A stretch of DNA of 64,000 bases from Terracidiphilus sp. GTDB taxonomy: Bacteria > Acidobacteriota > Terriglobia > Terriglobales > Acidobacteriaceae. The stretch lies in contig JBEKDB010000013.1 of NCBI GenBank assembly GCA_050014575.1, forward strand, positions 32-64,031. Direction: 5' to 3'. Shown here piece after piece: positions 1-10,181 of the stretch. Below the pieces are notes generated by a model. That model saw only the letters and a list, made by a program, of their open reading frames with translations, had not been told where the DNA came from and made no database searches. The translations under genes were made by a program, and so were the position numbers. Each line of letters begins with the position of its first letter. Positions within the stretch are counted from its first letter, which is position 1.

Positions 1-406
1 GATAGACCACCATGCAGGGAACGCCCACCTGGCGCGCCAGAAGCACGTGCTCCTTGGTCTGCGGCATGGGCCCGTCGGTGGCCGCGACCACCAGGATCGC
101 GCCATCCATCTGCGCCGCGCCGGTGATCATGTTCTTGATGTAGTCGGCGTGGCCGGGGCAGTCCACATGCGCATAATGGCGCTTGGCCGTCTCGTACTCC
201 ACGTGCGCCGTGGCGATGGTGATGCCCCGCTCCCGCTCTTCCGGCGCGTTGTCGATGGAATCGAACGAACGGAAGAGAATCTTGGGGTTGTGCTTGCCCA
301 ATACCTTGGTGATCGCCGCCGTCAGCGTGGTCTTGCCGTGATCGATGTGCCCGATCGTGCCCACGTTCACGTGCGGCTTCGAACGGTCAAACTTTTCCTT
401 CGCCAT
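1..406 (-). CDS. tuf: Elongation factor Tu, 5' part (runs off window start)
   Basis: Minus strand reads [34 protein letters not shown]...RGITI...[26 protein letters not shown]; lies downstream of the tRNA cluster. Confidence 0.98.
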   Translation of the reverse strand, partial: MAKEKFDRSKPHVNVGTIGHIDHGKTTLTAAITKVLGKHNPKILFRSFDSIDNAPEERERGITIATAHVEYETAKRHYAHVDCPGHADYIKNMITGAAQMDGAILVVAATDGPMPQTKEHVLLARQVGVPCMVVY

Positions 407-490
407 CTTGGTTCCCTTCCGTCGGAGTTTCTTCTGTTTCCTCTTGACGCTCCCGGCAGAGCCGGAAACGCAAAACTTATGGGCGCCGCC

Positions 491-799
491 TCAGTAATAC
501 GCGTACACCTTCAAATACCTCTGCCGCAGCTCCAGCGGCACCGCTTCCACCAGGCGCAGATACCGCTCCCGCGTCAATCCCTGGTCGGATACCGGCAGCG
601 CTTCGTAGACCAGCCCGGCTTCCTTGCCCAGCAACCCGCGCTTCACCACTCCCTCGAAGTCGCGAATCCGCAGCTTGGCCTTGGCCGCGCGGTTCAGAAA
701 GACTTCCAAGTCCCGCGCTTCGAAGGCCGCATCGATCAGAGCATGAAGCTGCGCATATCCCCGCTCATCCCGGACGGCTATCGCTGCCTGCTCAAACAT
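491..799 (-). CDS. Hypothetical protein (102 aa) between tRNA-Gly and tuf
   Basis: Clean ORF with protein-like composition, co-oriented with the tRNA/tuf operon; no motif recognised. Confidence 0.7.
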   Translation of the reverse strand: MFEQAAIAVRDERGYAQLHALIDAAFEARDLEVFLNRAAKAKLRIRDFEGVVKRGLLGKEAGLVYEALPVSDQGLTRERYLRLVEAVPLELRQRYLKVYAYY

Positions 800-907
800 C
801 TTCCGCCAACCTCGCCTTCGCCTCAGGCCGTCTCAGGCCATCCACGCTTGCCGCCAACTCTTTCACCCCAGCGACCAGAACCCGTCGCCGAAGACCCCAA
901 AATCTCT

Positions 908-944
908 CACCCCTGCGACGAAGACCTGTCGCTGGGGGCCCCGG
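908..944. repeat. REP-like short palindromic element (GACCTGTCGC family); related copy at ~1743-1771
   Basis: cacccctgcgacgaagacctgtcgctgggggcccc is an imperfect hairpin; cgcgaccaagacctgtcgccggcgccccc is a similar sequence beside tRNA-Tyr. Confidence 0.5.
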
Positions 945-948
945 AACC

Positions 949-1023
949 TGGAGCGGGAGACGGGACTCGAACCCGCGACCAACAGCTTGGAAGGCTGTGA
1001 CTCTACCACTGAGTTACTCCCGC
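949..1023 (-). tRNA. tRNA-Gly (anticodon TCC)
   Basis: Reverse complement GCGGGAGTAACTCAGTGGTAGAGTCACAGCCTTCCAAGCTGTTGGTCGCGGGTTCGAGTCCCGTCTCCCGCTCCA: cloverleaf, TTCGA T-loop, CCA end. Confidence 0.97.
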
Positions 1024-1030
1024 CCGAACA

Positions 1031-1124
1031 GTTGTCAGTGGTCAGTTGTCAGTAGTCAGCCACTTCATGCTCCGGAAAAGCTATCTCGCTCTCCGCGCCA
1101 AACTGACAACTGACAACTGACAAC
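1031..1124. repeat. Inverted heptamer tandem repeats (GTNGTCA x4 / TGACAAC x3) in tRNA spacer
   Basis: gttgtca-gtggtca-gttgtca-gtagtca at 1031-1058 and ctgacaa x3 at ~1103-1124 are reverse complementary. Confidence 0.75.
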
Positions 1125-1132
1125 CGTATCTC

Positions 1133-1208
<76 letters not shown>

Positions 1209-1298
1209 CCTCGTTTGAAAACTCCACGCTTGCCGAGCCGCTTCGAGCTACTTCCCGCCGGGGTCAAAGCCCGGCCTACCTCTACATCGGCCCTCTTG

Positions 1299-1574
1299 CT
1301 AACTCCTGGGCGCCGGATTCCCGCCCTGATCGCTTGCGCCCCGATCCCCGCTTTGGCGAATCCTCTCCGCCTGCCGGGCCAATACCGTGCGCAAAGCGAA
1401 CACGCCAATCACCAGCAGCGGAACCAGCCGTATATCCACCGCCCTGCCATGGACGAGAAACTTACCCTCGCCCACCGTAAACCAGACCAGTGCCGCCAAA
1501 ACCGCATACAGCGCCAAAGCTACCCAAAACTTCCGGTCCAACTCTGAACCGGTGCTATGAAGGCCCTCAACCAT
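1299..1574 (-). CDS. Small membrane protein (two hydrophobic segments) inside the tRNA cluster
   Basis: RKFWVALALYAVLAALVWFTVG and LVPLLVIGVFALRTVL look like TM helices; start codon uncertain (1574 or 1604). Confidence 0.65.
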   Translation of the reverse strand: MVEGLHSTGSELDRKFWVALALYAVLAALVWFTVGEGKFLVHGRAVDIRLVPLLVIGVFALRTVLARQAERIRQSGDRGASDQGGNPAPRS

Positions 1575-1643
1575 CCGGTCCCGCTCGGAACCAAACCGGC
1601 TCATCCCAACTGCGACCCTTCGCGCATTCCAACCCTCATCTCA

Positions 1644-1731
1644 TGGTGCACAGGGGAGGATTCGAACCTCCGTAGCTCCAAGGAGCGGCAGATTTACAGT
1701 CTGCTGCCATTAACCGCTCGGCCACCTGTGC
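1644..1731 (-). tRNA. tRNA-Tyr (anticodon GTA)
   Basis: Reverse complement GCACAGGTGGCCGAGCGGTTAATGGCAGCAGACTGTAAATCTGCCGCTCCTTGGAGCTACGGAGGTTCGAATCCTCCCCTGTGCACCA, with long variable arm. Confidence 0.97.
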
Positions 1732-1983
1732 CCAGCCACCTCCGCGACCAAGACCTGTCGCCGGCGCCCCCGTCCAACCCTGCCCGCGCCCCTCCGGAAA
1801 TCCGCTTCGGCCCGTCCCATTCAGCGCATCGCGCCCCGTCCGGAAACCCTCCGGCACTTCGGAGCATGCACCTCTGTGGGATCACCGCGGAGGACAGGCC
1901 CGGCGCGCCAAAAAACCGCTCGCCGGTCAACTCAGACAATCTCGATTCTTACAACCTCAGCCCCGTCTCCCGGTTCCCTTGAG

Positions 1984-2059
1984 TGGAGCTGGCGAAGGGA
2001 TTTGAACCCCCGACCCTCTGATTACAAATCAGATGCTCTACCAGCTGAGCTACGCCAGC
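1984..2059 (-). tRNA. tRNA-Thr (anticodon TGT)
   Basis: Reverse complement GCTGGCGTAGCTCAGCTGGTAGAGCATCTGATTTGTAATCAGAGGGTCGGGGGTTCAAATCCCTTCGCCAGCTCCA. Confidence 0.97.
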
Positions 2060-2293
2060 CCTTCCCGCCCGGAGACCACCCCGAAGAACAGCGCGGAGAC
2101 AAATAGCCGTCCCGAAAGTGCAAGCGGACACACTCCCACTACGCACACAACGGCACAGAAATCAAGGTTAGCACACCCCCGCCACCGGAGCAAACCCGGC
2201 CGGCGGCCTCGTCGGCCCGATTACCCTGGCCTGCAAAACCCTCGCTCGTAGCGATCTCCCTGACCAGCCCGCTCCTGGCGCGAGTCTCCCGCC

Positions 2294-4024
2294 CTACCGA
2301 ATCAGGTTGGTGCGGGCAAGATCGGCGATCTCGCCTCCGCGCCCGTTCAGGATCGCCTTGACCATGTAGAGATTGAAGTCAACCACCTCGTCCAGTTTGA
2401 GCGACAGGGGCATGGCCAGTTCATGGCGGTTCACCGCAACATCCACCAATGCGGGCCCCTGGTGCGCGAATGCCTGCTCCAGGGCCGGTCGAACCCTTTC
2501 CGGGTCTTCGACGCGCAGGCCGAGAATCCCCGTACCCTCCGCAATCTTCGCAAAATCCAGATTTACCGGCTCCGCGGCGGGGCTGAGGATGCCGGCCGCC
2601 TTCATCTCCGGCTCCACAAAGCCGAGCGATCCGTTATTGAAGACGACCATCTTCACCGGCAGGTTCAAATGCCTGAGCGACAGCAAGTCGCCCATCAGCA
2701 TGGAGATGCCCCCATCGCCGCAGAGCGTGATCACCTGGCGGCCGGGATGAGAGATCTGCGCGCCAATGGCCTGCGGCAGGGCGTTGGCAATCGATCCATG
2801 ATTGAACGACCCCAGCAGGCGCCTGCGGCCGTTCATGGTCAAATAGCGCGCCGCCCAGATAACCGGCGTCCCCACATCCACGGTGAAGACGGCATCCTCG
2901 GCCGCTACTTCATTGAGCGCCTTGGCCACATATTGCGGATGGATAGGCTGCTGCCCGTCTGCTGTCGCCAGATCATCCAGTTCCCTGCGCGCCTGACGAT
3001 GGTGGTCGAGCAAGGCGTCCAGATAGCCCCGCGCAGGCTTGGGCTCGATCCTCGGAAGCAGCGCGCGCAAGGTTTCCGCAACCCCTCCCACGATCCCCAG
3101 GTCGATGAAAACGCGGCGTCCCAGCTGCTCCACCCGGATATCGACCTGCAAGACGCGCGCCTTGGGCGGATAGAACTGCCGGTAGGGAAAGTCCGCCCCC
3201 AGGATCAGCAGCGTGTCGCAGTCCAACATGGCGCAATAGCCGGAAGAAAGCCCGAGCAGGCCGGTCATGCCCACGTCGTATGGATTGTCGTACTCGATGA
3301 ACTCTTTCCCCCGCAGGGTATGGACGATCGGAGCCTGGAGCTTGCCGGCCAGCGCGATCAGTTCGTCATGAGCGCCCGCGCAGCCGGCCCCTGCCAGGAT
3401 CGTCGTCTTGTGCCCGCGGTTCAGTTCCGCGGCCAGGTCGTCGAGTTCCGCCCAGTGGGGAATCACCTCAGGCCGCCGGTAGCTGTAGATGGCCCGCTTG
3501 CCTGGATCCACGGCATCGGAGAGCGCAACATCGCCGGGTATTACCACCACGGCGACGCCGCCTCTGGAAATGGCCGTTTGGATCGCCATCTCCAGAACGC
3601 GCGGCATCTGCGAGGGATGCGAGACCAGTTCGCAGTAATGGCTGCATTCCTTGAACAAACGCTCCGGATGCGGTTCCTGAAAGGACCCGCTGCCAATCTC
3701 CGGGGACTGAACATGGGCCGCAATGGCCAGCACCGGCACGCGGCTGCGATGACAATCGTAGAGGCCGTTGATGAGACGGAGATTGCCCGGCCCGCAGCGC
3801 CCGGCGCATACCGCCAGCTTGCCCGTCAGCGCGGCTGCGGCTCCGGCGGCGAATGCGGCCGTCTCTTCGTCCCGCACCCCAATCCACGCCATCCCATTGG
3901 AGACCCTTACCGAATCCGCAATCCCGTTGAGAGAATCGCCCGCCACCCCAAAGATTCGCTCCACGCCGGCGGCGGCCAACACTTCCACAAATTGATCCGC
4001 AATTTTCTTTGCCACTGTCCTCAA
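2294..4024 (-). CDS. poxB: Ubiquinone-dependent pyruvate dehydrogenase (pyruvate oxidase, ThDP/FAD enzyme)
   Basis: GVERIFGVAGDSLN, RDEETAAFAAGA, ThDP motif GDGG...NN, GSFNHGSIANALPQAIGAQ; 576 aa. Confidence 0.9.
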   Translation of the reverse strand: MRTVAKKIADQFVEVLAAAGVERIFGVAGDSLNGIADSVRVSNGMAWIGVRDEETAAFAAGAAAALTGKLAVCAGRCGPGNLRLINGLYDCHRSRVPVLAIAAHVQSPEIGSGSFQEPHPERLFKECSHYCELVSHPSQMPRVLEMAIQTAISRGGVAVVVIPGDVALSDAVDPGKRAIYSYRRPEVIPHWAELDDLAAELNRGHKTTILAGAGCAGAHDELIALAGKLQAPIVHTLRGKEFIEYDNPYDVGMTGLLGLSSGYCAMLDCDTLLILGADFPYRQFYPPKARVLQVDIRVEQLGRRVFIDLGIVGGVAETLRALLPRIEPKPARGYLDALLDHHRQARRELDDLATADGQQPIHPQYVAKALNEVAAEDAVFTVDVGTPVIWAARYLTMNGRRRLLGSFNHGSIANALPQAIGAQISHPGRQVITLCGDGGISMLMGDLLSLRHLNLPVKMVVFNNGSLGFVEPEMKAAGILSPAAEPVNLDFAKIAEGTGILGLRVEDPERVRPALEQAFAHQGPALVDVAVNRHELAMPLSLKLDEVVDFNLYMVKAILNGRGGEIADLARTNLIR

Positions 4025-4423
4025 CTCCTTCTCACCGGCTCAGAAGGAAGACGATCCGCTTGCCCTCATTCCAACTGGCTGCGGTAATTTGTCTTATCTG
4101 AATGTCGAGAAATCCCGGCAGCGGCGCAGGCCCGGGGGAGAAGGGCCGCAAACGACCGCCTTCATAACAGCCGCGATTCGATCCGTCCTTTCTAGACGGG
4201 TCCATTTTGAGGTAACGCGCTCGCTCTACATGATCCTTTTCGGCTTGACGGCGCGAGGCAAGCGGGGGATTCTTGCCCTGTTAGCTGAGATGCTGCCGGA
4301 ATACAAAAGGAGCGGGTTTCGCAGGAAAAAATCGATTCCCCGTTTTTCGGGGGAAGGCTGAAAGGCTCTTCGGCGTCGGCCGCGAAGAAACAAAGGCAAG
4401 CTCAATCCGCTAAAATCCACAGC

Positions 4424-4900
4424 ATGAAATGTCCCTATTGCGGCTTTGGGCAGGATCGTGTCGTCGACTCGCGGGAGAGCAAGGAAGCCGACTCCATCCG
4501 CCGCCGGCGGGAGTGCGAGCGCTGCAATCGCCGCTTCACCACCTACGAGCGCATCGACGAGATCCCCTACATGGTGGTAAAGAAGGACGGCCGCCGCGAA
4601 CGCTTCGACCGCCAGAAGGTGCTCAGCGGCCTGCTTCGCGCCTGCGAGAAGCGCCCTGTCCCGGCCAGCAAGCTCGAGGCCATCGTGGACGCCGCGGAGG
4701 CCTTCCTCATCGATGCTCCGGAGCGCGAACGCTCCACCAGCGAGGTCGGCGAACTCATCATGGCGCAACTGAAGAGCCTGGATACGGTGGCTTACATCCG
4801 CTTTGCCTCCGTCTACCGGGACTTCAAGGATGTGCGCGAGTTCAAGGAAGAGCTGGAGGGGCTGCTGGGCGGCCGCGGCAAGGCGAAGAAGCAGGGTTAG
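4424..4900 (+). CDS. nrdR: Transcriptional repressor NrdR
   Basis: MKCPYC...DSR...RRRRECERCNRRFTTYE Zn ribbon, ATP cone, AYIRFASVYRDF. Confidence 0.97.
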   Translation: MKCPYCGFGQDRVVDSRESKEADSIRRRRECERCNRRFTTYERIDEIPYMVVKKDGRRERFDRQKVLSGLLRACEKRPVPASKLEAIVDAAEAFLIDAPERERSTSEVGELIMAQLKSLDTVAYIRFASVYRDFKDVREFKEELEGLLGGRGKAKKQG

Positions 4901-4966
4901 CGGGTCTCCGCTGTTTCTTTCCTGCGGGATTCGTGCTGTACTGCCCTAGCCGCAAGAATACGAATC

Positions 4967-5031
4967 GCAGGTCCTTCGACTCGGTCGCCGCGGCGACCTT
5001 CGCTCAGGATGACAGCGAGGGTGGGGCACCC
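4967..5031. repeat. REP-like element (GGTCCTTCGACTC...CGCTCAGGATGAC family) plus GAGGGTGGGGCACCC element
   Basis: The same core recurs at 37821-37882 and inverted at 59874-59909; GAGGGTGGGGCACCC recurs at ~38712-38726. Confidence 0.7.
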
Positions 5032-5114
5032 ATGGCCTTGCGCGATCGGTGAGAATCCTCTTGCACCCAGCCACCGATCCGGCGCGCCCGGCCGGGCAAG
5101 GAGGCAGACGAGCG

Positions 5115-6470
5115 TCAGGCCGGTTGCGCCAGCAGGATGATGAGTTCCATCTGCGGGTTGAGGAGGTCGGCCGGAGCGTAGACGGCGAAGTTGCGGGCGC
5201 GCTGCACCGACTCCCAGACCGGGCCGGCCTGCTCGATGGAGAAGTACTTGTGGCGCAGCTTGACCGGGATCGACCGGGGCGGCGTGGCCACGTACGTCAG
5301 GCGCAATCCGGGCAGGGCGTTGCGGATGAGGGTTTCGAGCTGGGTCGCGGAGCAGGCTTTGAGCAGTTGCGGGGTCCGCTCGATCAGTTCGGCGTCGCGG
5401 ATATCGGCCGAGATGGCCAGGTAGAAGCGGGAATTCTCGAAGTAAGCGTCCTTGTCGATCGAGGTTGCGTAGATGGTATCCCGGACCATCTTGAGGGGGA
5501 GCGCGACAAAGTTGCTGGGAACCACGGTCTCCAGCATGACCCGGATGAGGCGGTCCAGTTCGCCGAAGCAGGAGCCAAGCTGCTCGTGGTCGTAGGCGGG
5601 CAGGTCGCGGGGGGCGATCTTGCTGGAGAAAGAGGTCAAGGCTCCGGCCAGGTCGGAGAGCTCATTGAAGAGCATCTCGGGCTGAATATTGCTCGATTCC
5701 AGGAAGTGGCGAAGCACGGGGAGATGGCTGTTGATCGTGTAGAGCAGCCAGAAATTGGCCACGTCGGAGGCCGTGAAGTCGGCCAGCGACTGATTCTTCT
5801 GGCGGCGGCCGCCGGCCAACTGGCTGCCGCGGGCCACCAGCAGCTCGACCATATTGCTGAGGATGCGTTTGAGGGCGGGGTGGGCGTGAATATCGATGAG
5901 GGGAGGAATGTAGGCGGGGTCGATCTGGTAGGCGCCCGTCTCCGAGCGGAGGATGCGCAAGAAGGCAAGCACGACGGAGCCCTCGCGGTTCTCGCCTTCG
6001 GCCAGAATCTGGAGGTTCTTGCGCGCCACCTGGACGGGCTTTTCGCCGCTGCCAGTGTTCTCGTCGCGGACCATGAGCAGTTGCGCCAGGAAGCGGGTAC
6101 TGACTCGCCCGCGATCCACCGAGACGTTCATGCCCCCTTGCAGGTACTCGGGTACGGCCAGGTAAAAGGTGCAGCTTTGGCGCCCGTCCAGGAAGCATTC
6201 GTCGAGCAACCGGGCCGGCGGCGGATACTCCGAGGCGGGAATGTCCAGCGGTAGCGCATCGGGGAAGATTCCCGAGGCGCGGGTAATCGCCAGCCGGCCC
6301 TCAGAAAGGGCCTTGGTATCGATCTGAATCTCGCGAAAGCCCCAGGACCGGGCGTTGAGGGAGTCCAGGTAGAACCTGGCGCTGTCTTCAACGAAGCGCT
6401 CCTGCGCCTGCAGGTGCTGGGGTGAGAGAAAGGTGCCTTTGGACCAGATGACGGGTTGAAGCTGTCGCAT
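5115..6470 (-). CDS. tssK: T6SS baseplate subunit TssK (VasE/ImpJ)
   Basis: MRQLQPVIWSKGTFLSPQHLQAQERF N-terminus, GIFPDALPLDIP, YDHEQLGSCF; 451 aa, divergent from tssB. Confidence 0.93.
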   Translation of the reverse strand: MRQLQPVIWSKGTFLSPQHLQAQERFVEDSARFYLDSLNARSWGFREIQIDTKALSEGRLAITRASGIFPDALPLDIPASEYPPPARLLDECFLDGRQSCTFYLAVPEYLQGGMNVSVDRGRVSTRFLAQLLMVRDENTGSGEKPVQVARKNLQILAEGENREGSVVLAFLRILRSETGAYQIDPAYIPPLIDIHAHPALKRILSNMVELLVARGSQLAGGRRQKNQSLADFTASDVANFWLLYTINSHLPVLRHFLESSNIQPEMLFNELSDLAGALTSFSSKIAPRDLPAYDHEQLGSCFGELDRLIRVMLETVVPSNFVALPLKMVRDTIYATSIDKDAYFENSRFYLAISADIRDAELIERTPQLLKACSATQLETLIRNALPGLRLTYVATPPRSIPVKLRHKYFSIEQAGPVWESVQRARNFAVYAPADLLNPQMELIILLAQPA

Positions 6471-6590
6471 GGGCTGAGCAACCTCGGCTGAGATGTGATG
6501 TTAACGGTTGAGTGGAGCGGATGTCCAAACCGGCGGCGGCGGACCGTTCAGGAAACCCCTGAACAAGTCCTTGTTGTGGAGTCGACATTC

Positions 6591-6656
6591 CCTCAGGGGC
6601 TAAAGCCCGCATTCATTTTGGCGGGCTGATGTACGGGCTGAAGCCCGTACCCTTCA
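6591..6656. repeat. REP-like element (GGGGCTAAAGCCC / GTACGGGCTGAAGCCCGTAC family)
   Basis: Two short hairpins; a related copy lies at 30108-30174. Confidence 0.7.
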
Positions 6657-6881
6657 AGACATCGACTTCCTCGGAGGCTCCTTTGGGACGGCGGAGAATC
6701 CACGATCATCGTCGCACAGCTCGGAGGAGGAACGCGAAAATATTTTTCCGCAACATCTCATCCTAGAGCGGGTTGGGGTAATATGAGGCTGTCAAAGATT
6801 CCTCTGGACAGAAGTCCCGGTCTTGTGGTTTCTTTGGATTCATCGGTTGTTACCCGCATCTCCCCGAATTTCAGGAGCAAT

Positions 6882-7409
6882 ATGGCCAGAGAGAGTACAC
6901 AGCAGAAGCTGAGTCGCGTCCGGGCGCCCCGGGTGCAGATTACTTACGACGTAGAGGTCGGAAACGCCATCGAGATGAAGGAGCTGCCCTTCGTGATGGG
7001 GGTGTTAGGCGATCTGACCGGACAGCCGGAGAAGCCGCTTGCGGCTTTGAAGGATCGCAAATTCGTTGAGATCAACCCGGACAACTTCGATAGCGTGCTG
7101 AAAGGCATGTCTCCCCATCTGAAGTTCTCCGTAGAGAACAAGCTGAGTTCCGACCCCAGGGCGGGTCAGGTAGCGGTCGATCTGAACTTTGAAAAGTTCG
7201 AGGATTTTTCGCCCGCCAATGTGGCCGCGCAGGTGGGGCCCATCAAAGAACTGCTGGACTTGCGGACCAGGCTATCCAACCTGCGGGGCAGCCTGCAGGG
7301 CAACGACCAGCTCGATCAGGCGCTCTTCGACGCGGTTTCAAAGACGGATGAACTCAATAAGCTGCGCACCGAGATGGGTGGCGAGCCAAAGGGGGACAAA
7401 CATGAGTAG
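6882..7409 (+). CDS. tssB: T6SS contractile sheath small subunit TssB (VipA)
   Basis: MARESTQQKLSRVRAPRVQITYDVE...ELPFVMGVLGDLTG...FEDFSPANVA; RBS AGGAG before ATG 6882. Confidence 0.96.
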   Translation: MARESTQQKLSRVRAPRVQITYDVEVGNAIEMKELPFVMGVLGDLTGQPEKPLAALKDRKFVEINPDNFDSVLKGMSPHLKFSVENKLSSDPRAGQVAVDLNFEKFEDFSPANVAAQVGPIKELLDLRTRLSNLRGSLQGNDQLDQALFDAVSKTDELNKLRTEMGGEPKGDKHE

Positions 7410-8895
7410 CGCGGCGAACCCGTTGGCGGCTCAGGCCGCCGAAGCACAGACCACTACCGAGGTGTCACTGCTGGATCAGATTGTCTCCCAGGGACGGTTT
7501 GGCCAGGACACCATTGCCCAGGAACGCGGCAAGGACATGGTGAAGGAGTTCATCAACCAGGTTCTTGAGGGGAAGATGGTCCTCAGCCGCGATGCCGAGG
7601 CGACGATCGGCGCGCGCATTGCCGATATCGATCGCCTGATCTCGCTGCAACTGAATGAAGTCCTGCATCACCCCGCCTTCCAGAAGCTGGAAGCCACCTG
7701 GCGCGGGATCAAGCACCTGCTCGACCAGAGCGAAACCAGCGACATGCTCAAGATCAAGCTGCTGAACGTCTCGAAGCGGGATCTCCTGAGAGACTTGCAG
7801 CGCGCGCCGGAGTTCGATCAGAGTGCCTTCTTCAAGAAGGTCTACGAAGAGGAGTTCGGCGTGTTTGGCGGCGCTCCTTTCGCGGCGATGGTAGGCGACT
7901 ACGAGTTCGGCCGCAGCGGGGAGGATGTGGAGTTGCTGGAGAGGGTGTCTCAGGTTGCGTCGGCGGCCCATGCGCCCTTCCTCTCCGCGGCCTCGCCGGA
8001 GATGATCAACCTGTCCGACTACGCGCAGTTGACGGGCATCCGGGATGTTTCCAAGGTCTTCGACAGCACGGAATATGCCAAGTGGAAGTCTTTCCGGGCT
8101 TCGGACGATTCCCGCTATGTGGCTCTCACCCTGCCCCACGTTCTGATGCGCGAGCCTTACGGAATGGCAACCAGGCCGATCGACGAGTTCGCGTACGAGG
8201 AGGGCGTCGACGGCAAGGATCACACCAAGTATCTGTGGGGCAACGCGGCCTATGCCCTGGGTGCGCGGCTTACGCAGTCCTTTGCCAAGTTCGGCTGGTG
8301 CGCCTCGATTCGCGGCGTGGAGAACGGCGGGCTTGTGGAAGGGCTGGCCACGCATAACTTCCGCACCGACGAAGGGGATGTGGCCTTGAAGTGCCCCACG
8401 GAGGTCAGCATCACCGACCGCCGTGAAAAGGAACTCGCCGACCAGGGTTTTGTGCCGCTGGTGCATTGCAAGGGGACGGACTATGCCGCCTTTTTCAGTG
8501 TGCAGACGGCCAACAAGCCCAAGGCCTACGACAAGCCGGAGGCCAATGCCAACGCCAGGCTGTCGGCCCAGTTGCCATACATGCTGGCCATGTCCCGCTT
8601 TGCGCATTACCTGAAGGCCATGATGCGGGACAAGCTGGGCAGCGCGATGAGCCGGTCCCAGGCCGAGCTTTTCCTGAATCAGTGGATTGCCAATTATGTG
8701 ATTGCGGACGATAATGCGTCGGCCGCGGCAAAGTCCGAGAGGCCTTTGCGCGAAGCTCGCATCGAGGTCATGGAAATACCTGGAAAGCCGGGAGCGCTGC
8801 GGGCTGTCGCTTTCCTGCGTCCCCACTTCCAGTTGGATGAACTCACAGTGTCTCTGAGGCTTGTAGCGGATCTTCCCCAGCCGGCTGGTAAATAG
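7402..8895 (+). CDS. tssC: T6SS contractile sheath large subunit TssC (VipB)
   Basis: FQKLEATWRGIKHL, YEEEFGVFGGAPF, YLWGNAAY, CPTEVSITDRREKEL, FLRPHFQLDELTVSLRLV. Confidence 0.97.
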   Translation: MSSAANPLAAQAAEAQTTTEVSLLDQIVSQGRFGQDTIAQERGKDMVKEFINQVLEGKMVLSRDAEATIGARIADIDRLISLQLNEVLHHPAFQKLEATWRGIKHLLDQSETSDMLKIKLLNVSKRDLLRDLQRAPEFDQSAFFKKVYEEEFGVFGGAPFAAMVGDYEFGRSGEDVELLERVSQVASAAHAPFLSAASPEMINLSDYAQLTGIRDVSKVFDSTEYAKWKSFRASDDSRYVALTLPHVLMREPYGMATRPIDEFAYEEGVDGKDHTKYLWGNAAYALGARLTQSFAKFGWCASIRGVENGGLVEGLATHNFRTDEGDVALKCPTEVSITDRREKELADQGFVPLVHCKGTDYAAFFSVQTANKPKAYDKPEANANARLSAQLPYMLAMSRFAHYLKAMMRDKLGSAMSRSQAELFLNQWIANYVIADDNASAAAKSERPLREARIEVMEIPGKPGALRAVAFLRPHFQLDELTVSLRLVADLPQPAGK

Positions 8896-8969
8896 ATCAG
8901 CTCCCTGACTCCTGAAACTTCAATCCCCAACCGGCCTGCAACCCAGGCTAAACACGAAAGGATGCACAC

Positions 8970-9446
8970 ATGGCAGTTGATTTCTATTTGAAACTCGACA
9001 GCATTCAGGGTGAGTCGGTGTCCAAGGGCTTCGAGAATCAGATCCAACTTCTCTCTTTTAGCTGGGGCGGCCACCAGACAACCACGGTTGCCGGAACGGG
9101 CGGCTCGGGCGCCGGCAGGGTCGATCTTGCCGATTTCAGCATCATGAAGCACCTTGACAAAGCGTCCACTCCCATCTTCAAGGCGCTGGTCAGCGGCACA
9201 CACATCAAGACCGGGAATCTGCAAGCGGTGAAGGCCGGGGCCGGCGGCAAGCCGTTTCTCAAGATCGATTTCAAGGAGCTCTTTGTGACCTCGCACCAGA
9301 TCAGCGCGTCGAGCGAGATTCCCACCGAGAGCGTTTCCTTCAGCTACAACGAAATCAAGATTGAGTACAGCCAGCAAAACGAGCAGGGCATTGTCACTAC
9401 GACCGGCGCTGTTACTTACAACCTCAAGGAGAATAAGGTCTCCTAA
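8970..9446 (+). CDS. hcp: T6SS tube protein Hcp (TssD)
   Basis: MAVDFYLKLDSIQGES...IQLLSFSWG...KHLDKASTPI...ESVSFSYNEIKIEY; 158 aa. Confidence 0.95.
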   Translation: MAVDFYLKLDSIQGESVSKGFENQIQLLSFSWGGHQTTTVAGTGGSGAGRVDLADFSIMKHLDKASTPIFKALVSGTHIKTGNLQAVKAGAGGKPFLKIDFKELFVTSHQISASSEIPTESVSFSYNEIKIEYSQQNEQGIVTTTGAVTYNLKENKVS

Positions 9447-9452
9447 GCCACA

Positions 9453-10181
9453 ATGACACCACTTGCGCTTTACCGCGAAGGGAAACTGCGGGAGGCCATC
9501 AAGGCGCTTGGCGAAGAGTTGAGATCCAACCCTCTCGACGCCAAGCGCCGCACGTTCCTGTTCGAGCTTCTGTTGTTTGCCGGAGAGTATGACCGGGCGG
9601 AGAAGCAGCTGGATCTTCTGGCGGGAGCGAATGCCGAGGCAGCCGCGGGGACTCTGCTCTATCGTAGTGCGCTGCACGCCGAGCGCACCAGGCAAGCCAT
9701 GTTCGCCAACCATGAGACGCCTCCCTTGATCGAGGGGGCCGTTCACCCCGGTGAGTGGAACGGAACCGCGTTCAGCGAGTTCAGCGACGCCGACCCCCGC
9801 ATTGGTGCCAACCTCGAGGTGTTCCTGGCCGGCAGTTATACCTGGATTCCAATCCACTATCTGCGCAAGCTCGCGATCGAGCCTCCCGCCAATCTGCGCG
9901 ACCTGGTCTGGGCGCAAGCCCGCGTGGAGACCAGCGCCGACTTTCGCTTGCAAGAGTTGGGCGAAGTGCTTCTTCCCGTTCTTTGTCCCCTCTCTTCGCG
10001 CCATGCGGAAGAGATCGTCCACCTGGGCCGCGAATCGGCCTGGGAGCCGGACGACAAGTATGGCGAGATACCCTACGGGGCAAAGACGATGCTCATAGAT
10101 GGGGTCGAAGTTCCACTGCTGCACATTCGCGGCGTGGAGTGGCACGCGCCGGAGAAGGAGTCTCAAGATGCCTCTGCGTGA
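9453..10181 (+). CDS. tagJ: T6SS accessory protein TagJ (ImpE/SciE family)
   Basis: N-terminal TPR-like ...RTFLFELLLFAGEYDRAEKQL, DADPRIG..LEVF..GSYTWIP, RDLVW. Confidence 0.88.
   Translation: MTPLALYREGKLREAIKALGEELRSNPLDAKRRTFLFELLLFAGEYDRAEKQLDLLAGANAEAAAGTLLYRSALHAERTRQAMFANHETPPLIEGAVHPGEWNGTAFSEFSDADPRIGANLEVFLAGSYTWIPIHYLRKLAIEPPANLRDLVWAQARVETSADFRLQELGEVLLPVLCPLSSRHAEEIVHLGRESAWEPDDKYGEIPYGAKTMLIDGVEVPLLHIRGVEWHAPEKESQDASA

Noticed and set aside
47-1000. 317-aa plus-strand ORF over tuf and tRNA-Gly
   Set aside because: Antisense shadow of tuf and the 491-799 gene; open only because of GC-rich codon bias.
5032-5114. Possible tssL remnant after tssK
   Set aside because: Too short, no DotU-like sequence in any minus-strand frame.
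6471-6881. Searched for a tssJ remnant and a sigma-54 (-24/-12) promoter
   Set aside because: No lipobox ORF and no TGGCAC-N5-TTGC match; only a REP-like element and a short GTTCAGG/CCTGAAC hairpin.
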